Virus record (IMG/VR): IMGVR_UViG_3300031857_000104
Source: an uncultured virus (IMG/VR IMGVR_UViG_3300031857_000104)
Lineage: Duplodnaviria; Heunggongvirae; Uroviricota; Caudoviricetes
Strand: one strand, 5' to 3'
DNA: 20,000 bases
The translations under genes and the position numbers were made by a program. This document shows, piece after piece, positions 1 through 7,847 of this stretch (its first letter is position 1; every line of letters begins with the position of its first letter). Below the pieces are notes generated by a model. The model was given only the letters and a program-made list of their open reading frames with translations. It was not told the DNA's origin and did not search any database.

Positions 1-1
1 A

Positions 2-499
2 CTGTGTGCCGGAGAAAGTAAAACTGTGGTTTACACTTCACAGTCGGGGGGTGATGGATCAAACGTATGGACAGTTAATGGTACACCATATTTAACAGAA
101 GATTTAACATATACTTTTGACGCTGCCGGTATATACAATATTGTAATAAGAAGAGAAAACGGTCCGTGTTATGTTGAACAAACATTACAAGTTGTTGTTA
201 CTGATTGTCCAGGTGTTATTTATTGGGTTCCAAATTGTTTTACACCTGACGGTAATGAACATAACCAACTATTTGGTCCCGTAATGAGTGAAGGATATGA
301 CATTAACGGTTTTCAATTTTTAGTATTTAATAGGTGGGGAGAAATTGTATGGGAATCACAAGACCCTAATGGTAGATGGGATGGTCTATATCAAGGTAGA
401 ATTTGTACAGACGGTGTTTATATTTGGAAACTAACCTTTAATGTTTTTGGAAATGACGGTAAAATTACAGATCACGGACATTTAACTATCTTGAGGTAA
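2..499 (+). CDS. 5'-truncated protein with an Ig/PKD-like segment and a C-terminal gliding-motility-associated (CHU_C / T9SS type-B sorting) domain
   Basis: The frame is open from position 2 (LCAGESKTVV...), so the true start lies upstream. The C-terminus has the CHU_C signature YWVPNCFTPDGNEHNQLF...FLVFNRWGEIVWES...WDG...DGVYIWKL...GHLTILR. Confidence 0.85.
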   Translation: MCAGESKTVVYTSQSGGDGSNVWTVNGTPYLTEDLTYTFDAAGIYNIVIRRENGPCYVEQTLQVVVTDCPGVIYWVPNCFTPDGNEHNQLFGPVMSEGYDINGFQFLVFNRWGEIVWESQDPNGRWDGLYQGRICTDGVYIWKLTFNVFGNDGKITDHGHLTILR

Positions 500-667
500 T
501 TCTTTAATCATACCCATTTCAATTAAATTTTCAATAGACTTATTTTTAGGCGCCTTTAAATAATAGTTATCACCATCATTTCTAAAAAAACACCATCCTG
601 ATAAAACCGTATTTAAATGATTATACGTTTCTTTATCTTTTACTTTATATGTTTTTAATCCCACCAT
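482..667 (-). CDS. hypothetical protein (61 aa)
   Basis: ATG ORF with protein-like composition, overlapping the end of 655..1236 in an operon-like arrangement. No competing + strand ORF. Confidence 0.65.
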   Translation of the reverse strand: MVGLKTYKVKDKETYNHLNTVLSGWCFFRNDGDNYYLKAPKNKSIENLIEMGMIKELPQDS

Positions 668-1236
668 CTTTCAATTTTTTGTTCTAATAATTTAAATAAT
701 AATTTTCTTGCCTTTTCTTGGTTATGTCTTGCAACGAAATGACAGAGAGTGTCTTTTTCTAAATCGTTACCTTTTTCTTTTAAGACTTTTCTAACACTTG
801 ATGGATATTTTTTCAAAAACTCGTCATAGTTTTCACTTAAAACAGTCTTTTTAATTTCTTTTAAATTTGGGTTATCTTCAACAGGAATAAAATCAAATTC
901 AGTTTCACTATAATCAAGATGTTCCATACCGTAATATTCTTCTTTTACCCTTTCAAGTAAATTAAGTACAATTGTCATATCACGGTTATCTCTATCAACT
1001 TCAGTGTGTCGATTCGCGTAGACAATTTCCTGTCTTTGAAACTCTATCTTTTTTTGTAGTATGTTGTAGATATACCAACCATCCCAATCTTTATCTTTGT
1101 ATAAAGTTGGCATCCATTTGAATATGTTTTTTACTCCTGTTATAAAGTAACGTATTCTCCAATGTAAGTTTCTCCACAACCAATTTCTATCCCAAGCAGA
1201 ATCATTTGGTACTATCAGTTTTTTGTAATTTTTCAT
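655..1236 (-). CDS. hypothetical phage protein (193 aa, Trp-rich N-terminus, ends ERWWD)
   Basis: Long ORF filling the region, in a tightly overlapping minus-strand cluster. Confidence 0.85.
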   Translation of the reverse strand: MKNYKKLIVPNDSAWDRNWLWRNLHWRIRYFITGVKNIFKWMPTLYKDKDWDGWYIYNILQKKIEFQRQEIVYANRHTEVDRDNRDMTIVLNLLERVKEEYYGMEHLDYSETEFDFIPVEDNPNLKEIKKTVLSENYDEFLKKYPSSVRKVLKEKGNDLEKDTLCHFVARHNQEKARKLLFKLLEQKIERWWD

Positions 1237-1420
1237 TTTGATCTTCTTTGTATTGCAAATATACAGAAAAAATCATTAAAAAGTTAACAAAAACACATAA
1301 AAAAATTTCTAATAAATAATGCCAATCTACTTGAGTCATAGAAAAATGTGTACCAAACCACATAAATGAACCATACTTATTCATTATTTGTACTACTAAA
1401 TACTTCAAAAATTTAATCAT
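1202..1420 (-). CDS. small putative membrane protein (72 aa)
   Basis: Hydrophobic segment YLLEIFLCVFVNFLMIFSVYL. Overlaps the start of the next gene. The true start is uncertain (several Met). Confidence 0.55.
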   Translation of the reverse strand: MIKFLKYLVVQIMNKYGSFMWFGTHFSMTQVDWHYLLEIFLCVFVNFLMIFSVYLQYKEDQNEKLQKTDSTK

Positions 1421-1445
1421 AACGTTACTATTACATTTATAATTA

Positions 1446-1456
1446 TATTTATTTAT
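1446..1456 (+). promoter_or_regulatory. TATTTAT motif (doubled, TATTTATTTAT), putative late promoter
   Basis: Directly abuts ATG 1457. The same motif recurs in all larger intergenic gaps. Confidence 0.55.
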
Positions 1457-1741
1457 ATGAAAAAAAATCTAAAGGAGTTAAATCCCGAACTTGAACCTGG
1501 AGATAGAATCATATTAATTTATATGGACGATTACACAAACCCAATACCTTTAGGTTCAAAAGGTATTGTACACGATGATCCAGAAACATATAAATTAAAT
1601 AGACCAACATTTTCAGGAAAAGGTTGTGGTTATGCTTACTACGTTACCTGGTATGATGATGAAGGTAATTATATAGGTAAGATGCCGTTAGAACCTGATG
1701 ACGATAGTTGGATTTTTGATAAAGATTATTATAAACAATAA
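1457..1741 (+). CDS. DUF4314-like small beta-barrel protein
   Basis: PGDRIILIYMDDYTNPIPLGSKGIV...YYVTW...DSW resembles the DUF4314 pattern (G.R..L..MDD...P.P.G..G.V). Confidence 0.65.
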   Translation: MKKNLKELNPELEPGDRIILIYMDDYTNPIPLGSKGIVHDDPETYKLNRPTFSGKGCGYAYYVTWYDDEGNYIGKMPLEPDDDSWIFDKDYYKQ

Positions 1742-1753
1742 AATAAATAAATT

Positions 1754-2281
1754 ATGAGAGGTTATTCTACAATGTCTGACGAAGAAAGACAACAAATTAT
1801 TAAACAACATGCACAAGTGTATGATGGATACGCAACAGGTAATGTACCATCTAATATGACACCATTAACAGTTTATGACGCCGCAAGAGATAAAGAAGGT
1901 GTTACTGTAAATTCTTTTGGTGATGTAAAACATTATACAAATCATAAAATAAATGAAATTGCTGCTAAAAATTTACATTACGATGAAATTGACCCGGCAT
2001 ATGAATTTGATTCAGGAGGGCCTGGTGATCCTAATTTAGGTTACAATGTTTATAATCAAACAAAACCAGCATATGATTTTGATTCAAAAGGACCTATAGA
2101 CCCTTTTTATGGTGGTGGGACGCAAACAGGTTTTGAAGGACATGATGAGGATTCTGACGACGATTTTGAATTTGATATGATTGATTTTCAAGACTATATT
2201 GAAGGTGAAGATACTGAAAACATAAACGAAAGTGTATATAAAACTTTAGACATGTTTAAACGATTTAAAAAATATAACTAA
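1754..2281 (+). CDS. hypothetical acidic protein, putative internal virion protein
   Basis: 175 aa ORF with leader SDEERQQIIKQH, internal repeat PAYEFDSGGP/PAYDFDSKGP and C-terminal INESVYKTLDMFKRF. Confidence 0.8.
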   Translation: MRGYSTMSDEERQQIIKQHAQVYDGYATGNVPSNMTPLTVYDAARDKEGVTVNSFGDVKHYTNHKINEIAAKNLHYDEIDPAYEFDSGGPGDPNLGYNVYNQTKPAYDFDSKGPIDPFYGGGTQTGFEGHDEDSDDDFEFDMIDFQDYIEGEDTENINESVYKTLDMFKRFKKYN

Positions 2282-2583
2282 TGGAAGTTATTGAAATAAT
2301 ATCACATTATATTGATAAGACCCAAAATTTAATAATTGTTGAGTTTAAAATGCTTGGGGACGATGATGATATGATTAGAGAAGATTTTATTGAATACTCT
2401 TTTTATGAAGAATTTGGATTTGATAATTCAAAAGATTTTAAAATTTTTGAAGATGTTATGGAAGAAGATGAGTGGGAAGACGATCAGTATGATTATATTA
2501 ATGATGACCATAATCTATTATCTTTTTTAAATGAATATTATATAGTATTTCCTAAAAAAATACCTAAAGCAGAAATTAAATAA
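2281..2583 (+). CDS. hypothetical acidic protein (100 aa)
   Basis: TAATG stop/start overlap with the upstream gene, suggesting translational coupling. Confidence 0.8.
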   Translation: MEVIEIISHYIDKTQNLIIVEFKMLGDDDDMIREDFIEYSFYEEFGFDNSKDFKIFEDVMEEDEWEDDQYDYINDDHNLLSFLNEYYIVFPKKIPKAEIK

Positions 2584-2586
2584 ATT

Positions 2587-4149
2587 ATGAAATTTATAAC
2601 AGAAATAAGAAGAATAAAATCTTTAATTAATATTTTTGAAAACACAGAAAAAATAAACTCTACAGCAATAATCGGCGATAAAATTGCTTATTATTTAAAT
2701 AACGATACAGATAATGAATACTCAGAATTAATTGATAATGATATGGATTTTGAGAAGTTATTAAATAATGTCTTTAGTTATGATAAAATTAACCCACAAG
2801 TAAGTAATGTTTTTATTTCTATTGGATCTAAAGATTTTTTTGATCCTGATTTAGATATTAAAACTTTGGTTTCTAAATTAGAAGATATTTTTCCAAATGC
2901 ACAATTTTATTTAATTAAAGGGTATATTGACGCATTAGAGTTTAATTTAGATAAAAATAACAGAGAAATGATTGAAGATAATTCTGTTACTTTTTTTAAA
3001 ATGTTTGCTGCCGATAGAATACCAACAATTGGTAATCACTCAATTATTGGTAACGGTGTTTTAGAAAGAGGTGAAGAGTTATTAATTGATTTAGAAGAAA
3101 TTATAGATCAATACAGTGAAGATTTTGAAATAACTAAAATAGAAGATAATAATGAAATAGAAATAAAAAATGAGTTTATTGATTTAGATATTGATGATGA
3201 CACTGATTTTGATACAATATATGAATTTTTATCAAATATTGAAAAAATGATAAAATCAAAAAATGTATATAGTATTGATTTAAAAGATAAATATTTAGGT
3301 GATGTTGAGTTAATACAAATTGCTTTAAAATTTTTAGAGGTTCCATTTTCTGAATCATTAGAAATTAATGGTAAGTTTGACAATAAAACAAAAATGGCAG
3401 TAGAACAATACCAAAATTTAAATTCATTAAGTAGGACCGGTATTGTTGATTTTGAGACATTAGAAGAAATTTTTTATGATCTAAAAATGAAAAGTTTTGA
3501 TGATGAAGATTTAGGTAAATTTATGGGTAAATTAGATGTGGAATTAAAAACATATGTACCAGACGATATAGATTTAGAAGAATTATGTGATAGAATTATT
3601 GATAATATTGAAGGTGGTTATGCAAATGAAGTTCATTTTGCTGATGCTGCAAGTAAGGCCAAAGAAGCCGATATGAAACAAGCCTTTTTAAATTCAGGCG
3701 AAACAATGTTTGGAATCGACAGAAAAAATGGACCAACAATGACTGAATTTTGGGAGTTAGTTGATGAAAATAGTGGTTGGGCTGAAGAATCTGCAGACAA
3801 AGAAAAATGGTCTCATGGTTATATGGGTGGTGACATTGAAGATGAATTAAGAGAATATGTTTATGAATGGGCAATACCAACATTTGAAGACTTTAAAAAT
3901 AAAAAATTAGATTCAGAAGCGAAAAAATTAGTTGAGGAAGATGAACGTATAACCATCCATTTACTTTACGCTGTATGGAATGGAATCGTTTTCTTTAATC
4001 ATTTTGCGAATGTTATTAATTCGGCAGTTTCAGAAGGTATTACAGATAGAGATGAGTTATGGAAAGTGGCTTTAGATTCAAGAAAAAACCATTCAAATGG
4101 TGCGGTTAGAAATAGCGCACCAAAAATAGAAAAAATAGCTAATATGTAA
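2587..4149 (+). CDS. multidomain putative virion-associated peptidoglycan hydrolase: degenerate SGNH-like domain + PG-binding domain + GH108-like lysozyme
   Basis: SGNH-like blocks IIGDK and VFISIGSKD. PG_binding_1-like DVELIQIALKFL...INGKFDNKTKMAVEQYQ...TGIVDFETL. GH108-like IIDNIEGGY...GETMFGIDR. Confidence 0.7.
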   Translation: MKFITEIRRIKSLINIFENTEKINSTAIIGDKIAYYLNNDTDNEYSELIDNDMDFEKLLNNVFSYDKINPQVSNVFISIGSKDFFDPDLDIKTLVSKLEDIFPNAQFYLIKGYIDALEFNLDKNNREMIEDNSVTFFKMFAADRIPTIGNHSIIGNGVLERGEELLIDLEEIIDQYSEDFEITKIEDNNEIEIKNEFIDLDIDDDTDFDTIYEFLSNIEKMIKSKNVYSIDLKDKYLGDVELIQIALKFLEVPFSESLEINGKFDNKTKMAVEQYQNLNSLSRTGIVDFETLEEIFYDLKMKSFDDEDLGKFMGKLDVELKTYVPDDIDLEELCDRIIDNIEGGYANEVHFADAASKAKEADMKQAFLNSGETMFGIDRKNGPTMTEFWELVDENSGWAEESADKEKWSHGYMGGDIEDELREYVYEWAIPTFEDFKNKKLDSEAKKLVEEDERITIHLLYAVWNGIVFFNHFANVINSAVSEGITDRDELWKVALDSRKNHSNGAVRNSAPKIEKIANM

Positions 4150-4179
4150 TTTATTACTTTTTTTTATTTAATTGTTGTG

Positions 4180-4190
4180 TATTTATTTAT
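4180..4190 (+). promoter_or_regulatory. TATTTAT motif (doubled), putative late promoter
   Basis: TATTTATTTAT directly before ATG 4191, identical to the context at 1446-1456. Confidence 0.55.
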
Positions 4191-4493
4191 ATGGATGATT
4201 TAAACGAAAATATTAAAAGAATAAAAAAGTTAATGAAGGTTGAATCTGAAATAGATGAGAGTGAGATTAGCGAAGAAGGTGAAGGTGGTGAATCCACTGG
4301 AGGATCTACTGGTGGTTCTGGTTATCCTACAGTTAAAAAACATTCTGACACATATCAAACACAAAGAGGTAAAGCAAATACCTTAGATATGAAAACAAAA
4401 TGGGAAAGTGGTTTATCTAGAGGAAAGGCTAATACCTTAGATATGAAAACAAAATGGGAAAGTGGAAGAACGATGGGGTCAACAGGACCTTAA
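4191..4493 (+). CDS. small low-complexity putative internal head protein with a tandem 18-aa repeat
   Basis: Leader MDDLNENIKRIKKLM, an acidic/Gly-rich linker, and RGKANTLDMKTKWESG twice. Confidence 0.8.
   Translation: MDDLNENIKRIKKLMKVESEIDESEISEEGEGGESTGGSTGGSGYPTVKKHSDTYQTQRGKANTLDMKTKWESGLSRGKANTLDMKTKWESGRTMGSTGP
4365..4465 (+). repeat. in-frame tandem repeat, 54-nt period
   Basis: 35 nt identical at 4377-4411 and 4431-4465 (aataccttagatatgaaaacaaaatgggaaagtgg). Confidence 0.95.
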
Positions 4494-4505
4494 AATTTAT
4501 GTTGT

Positions 4506-7500
4506 ATGAATAATTTAGACGAAACGATAAAAAGAATATTATTAAACATGAATTACGACTCAAGAAAAACCTTGAGCGAAAATACATCCGCATTAGAAAA
4601 ATACGTTTTACTTGAAGATCCAAAAGTTCAAGCACCTATGAGCGAGCTTAATTCGATGAATATGTATCAAATAATGGCTTTTCAGTATTGGGTTTGGACA
4701 AAGGTTGATAAAAATCTTGACACCACACCTGGATTATCTGGTGAATATAATAAAACAAAATATAGTTCTATATTATGTAGTCAACCTTGTGCTTCCGTTA
4801 AATTTGATATACCTGGTAATACTGAAATTGAAATACCTGGAGCAATTGATGGGGGAATTGGTGAATTGACAAAAAAGGCATGGACTACTTATGGAGAATT
4901 ATATAAAAAATCGTACCCTAATTGGTCAAAACCTTTACCTGAAGATAAATTTTACTTGTGGGTTTTAGGTAAAACAGCACCTCTTAGTTCAATGCAAGAA
5001 ATTAAAAATTTTCAAAAATGGTTTTTAGAACATTATGAAAAGAAAAAACCTGATGCAAAAGGTTTGGTTAGTTCAATGTTATGTTTACCAAATGCTTCAT
5101 GTACCGTATCACAAGCAGTTGATGGATATTGGGATCATGGTACTAAAAATGCTTGGGTTACTGCCGGTACAAAATACAAAACCGAAATTAATACCAAGGC
5201 TTGGTATAAAGAAGAAGTTTGGACAGTTGAATTGCAAGCAGAATATGATAAACAACAAGCATTAGTTGATGAATCTAATAAACAGAAAAAATCACTATCT
5301 AAAATAAAAAGTTTTTATGAAAATCCATCAGGATGGAACGGAGTTGCCGCAAGAGATGGTGAAAACCCAAGATATACAAACGTAAATGATAGTACGTATT
5401 GGAAAGAACAGTCTTATCTGGTCGATTATCTACATAATGGGTGGGGTTGGAATTATAACACTTTAGTTTATCCCGCACCTGTAGCATATACTAACAAAGA
5501 AATAAATGAAATTTATAGTATTTTAACTCAAAAATTCATACAAAACTATAGGGGAGAATGGGTCGATAGGGCCACTTTTAATAAAGAAAAAGATGACCTA
5601 GAAAAAGAACAGATAAGAATCAACAGTAAAGAACGAGATAATACTAATGTTATTCTTCCTAGAACAAAAATAAGAGATGAATTTTTTGGACCAAAACCAA
5701 CACCCCAAGAAGTTTTGTACGCCGAAGATTTAAAAAGACAAATGTTAAAATTTAATAATGATTTATCAAAACAATCAACATTAATACCACAATATTGTAA
5801 ACCTATTATGTTAACAGACGGTATAAAAAATCAATACGGAGATTTTATTCATAGAAAATATATTAGCCCAAGTGAGATTTGTTTAGAAGCTGGAGGGTTA
5901 TGGGCATATCAAATTGGGGATAATGTAAAATGTGGTTGTAGAGATCAAACTGCACCAAGTATTAATTATCCTATAATCACTAACGTAAGATATATAAATT
6001 ATGTTAAAAATACTATTGATATTGTTCCTCAAACTTTACCAGAAGCTAAAGTTATATTAGGATTCCAAACTGAGGCAAGAAAACCTTTTGACCCTGAAGA
6101 CATAAAAGATTGGGCAAAACTTGTGACTGAGGTCACAATGCCACTAACATTTGTGGTTATTCTTGCGGCACCATTGTTAGGTGTTGGTGCGTTGACTGCT
6201 GAAGCAATTTTATTGAGTTTTGATTTGGCTGACGCCGTCGCTTACATGATTTTAGGTGACCCATATGCTGTAGGACTCTCTTTAACTGCCGGAATTATCG
6301 GATCACCTAACCTAATAAAACAAATACCTTCAATTGGTAAATTTACAAATGGTGACGCCGGATCAATGAAAGAATTTATTAAGAAATTTTCTGACTTTTT
6401 GGAATCAAAGGGAGCCAAATTTTCCGAAATGTCTACGGTCGCTAAAGAAATTATTGAAAACAGTACAGCAATTAAAGCACTAGTAAATACTAATTTTGCC
6501 AAAAAAATAAAACCAACTGTAAAACTTGCAAAGAATGCGGTTGAAAGTGCAAAACACCAAACAAAATTAATTAAACATGTTATTGGTATGAGTGCAGAAT
6601 CTTATGGTGATTTTATTAAATTTGTTTTATTTACAAAAAATGCACCTATTAGTATTTTTAGAAATTTAGTTTTAAATTTTGTGGCACCATTTATCACATG
6701 GGACGTATTAGCATATAATTTAGGTTTTTGTAGAAAAATGGATATGAGTGAAGTTGAAAAAATGTATAATGAGGCAGTAAAAATTGAAAATAAAATGGCT
6801 AAATCAAACATAAGGACATTAGTTAAAAATGAATATGGGAATCTTGTTGTTTCAGATTTATCGCCTTTACAATTGACTGAAGAAGATAAAAAAATACTTG
6901 ATTCTAAACCTTGGAAACTTTTTGTTTATTTTGCAAATACTATAGATAAACTACAAATGTTTACAAATACCTGTGAAGGTCTTAAATCTTTAGAAAAGGT
7001 TAAAGAATTAATGAAACAACAGGGAACCGATGTCATAAGTAAACAATTAGATGAACTAATTGGTAGTTTTAATAATAAAATAAAAAATGAGTTAGAAGAA
7101 GAAAATTTTGATTCGTATTCACCATCAAAACCTTTTGATGAAAAAATATATTACATACAATTAATTTTAATTGAATTTTTAAATGACCATCCAGATATTA
7201 ATAATTATAAATATATCGATTACGAAGTTTCTGAAGTACCTTTACCTGATAAAACACCTTTAATAGATAAAGCAGGAATTAAACCTGATCCACAAAAACT
7301 TCAAGCAGATAAAGAAAAGGCGGATAAAGAAAAAACTTTGGTGGATTATAGTAAGTACTCAAATACGCAATACGGTAGTTTAGATGGAGAAACAGAATCC
7401 GCTTTACGTATTTTTAAAGTATATTCAGGTTTAGAAAAAAGAGGAGATGTTTTATCTACACCTGTTTTAAACCAAGTAACTGTTAATAAGTTAATAGATT

Positions 7501-7769
7501 ATTTAGAAACAAACCCTGAAGAATTATTAGATCCTGTAGGTATTGATTTTGGTGATGAAGAAAAATTAAAACAATTTTTTAGAAAATTAAAAAAGGAATC
7601 TGAAAAAATTGAAGTTGTTGAGGTCAAACCTGAAGCAGAAGAGGATTTAATTACGGAGGCAGAAAAAATGGATAGTAAACAAAAAGAAAAATTTATTAAA
7701 GATAATCGCATAGATACACTATATAGTGCGGAGGATTTATATGACTCGATTAAAAAATTAAAACAATAA
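4506..7769 (+). CDS. large putative internal virion/ejection protein with degenerate PG-binding-like repeats and a hydrophobic membrane-insertion segment
   Basis: 1087 aa. Leader MNNLDETIKRILLNM. Two FQxW...DG...TKxAW units. Hydrophobic stretch LTFVVILAAPLLGVG...GLSLTAGIIG. C-terminal IQLIL...GSLDGETESAL is PG-binding-like. Confidence 0.65.
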   Translation: MNNLDETIKRILLNMNYDSRKTLSENTSALEKYVLLEDPKVQAPMSELNSMNMYQIMAFQYWVWTKVDKNLDTTPGLSGEYNKTKYSSILCSQPCASVKFDIPGNTEIEIPGAIDGGIGELTKKAWTTYGELYKKSYPNWSKPLPEDKFYLWVLGKTAPLSSMQEIKNFQKWFLEHYEKKKPDAKGLVSSMLCLPNASCTVSQAVDGYWDHGTKNAWVTAGTKYKTEINTKAWYKEEVWTVELQAEYDKQQALVDESNKQKKSLSKIKSFYENPSGWNGVAARDGENPRYTNVNDSTYWKEQSYLVDYLHNGWGWNYNTLVYPAPVAYTNKEINEIYSILTQKFIQNYRGEWVDRATFNKEKDDLEKEQIRINSKERDNTNVILPRTKIRDEFFGPKPTPQEVLYAEDLKRQMLKFNNDLSKQSTLIPQYCKPIMLTDGIKNQYGDFIHRKYISPSEICLEAGGLWAYQIGDNVKCGCRDQTAPSINYPIITNVRYINYVKNTIDIVPQTLPEAKVILGFQTEARKPFDPEDIKDWAKLVTEVTMPLTFVVILAAPLLGVGALTAEAILLSFDLADAVAYMILGDPYAVGLSLTAGIIGSPNLIKQIPSIGKFTNGDAGSMKEFIKKFSDFLESKGAKFSEMSTVAKEIIENSTAIKALVNTNFAKKIKPTVKLAKNAVESAKHQTKLIKHVIGMSAESYGDFIKFVLFTKNAPISIFRNLVLNFVAPFITWDVLAYNLGFCRKMDMSEVEKMYNEAVKIENKMAKSNIRTLVKNEYGNLVVSDLSPLQLTEEDKKILDSKPWKLFVYFANTIDKLQMFTNTCEGLKSLEKVKELMKQQGTDVISKQLDELIGSFNNKIKNELEEENFDSYSPSKPFDEKIYYIQLILIEFLNDHPDINNYKYIDYEVSEVPLPDKTPLIDKAGIKPDPQKLQADKEKADKEKTLVDYSKYSNTQYGSLDGETESALRIFKVYSGLEKRGDVLSTPVLNQVTVNKLIDYLETNPEELLDPVGIDFGDEEKLKQFFRKLKKESEKIEVVEVKPEAEEDLITEAEKMDSKQKEKFIKDNRIDTLYSAEDLYDSIKKLKQ

Positions 7770-7826
7770 AAAAATAAACAATAATATTGTATATCGTATA
7801 AAGATTAAAAAAGTTTAATTTATTGA

Positions 7827-7833
7827 TATTTAT
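7827..7833 (+). promoter_or_regulatory. TATTTAT motif, putative late promoter
   Basis: GATATTTATA upstream of ATG 7848. Confidence 0.55.
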
Positions 7834-7847
7834 AAAAAAATAATATA

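Noticed and set aside
4365..4465. 35-nt direct repeat as a mini-CRISPR or att site
   Set aside because: Only two copies, 19 nt apart, with a period that is a multiple of 3. Flanking differences are synonymous, so it is a protein repeat.
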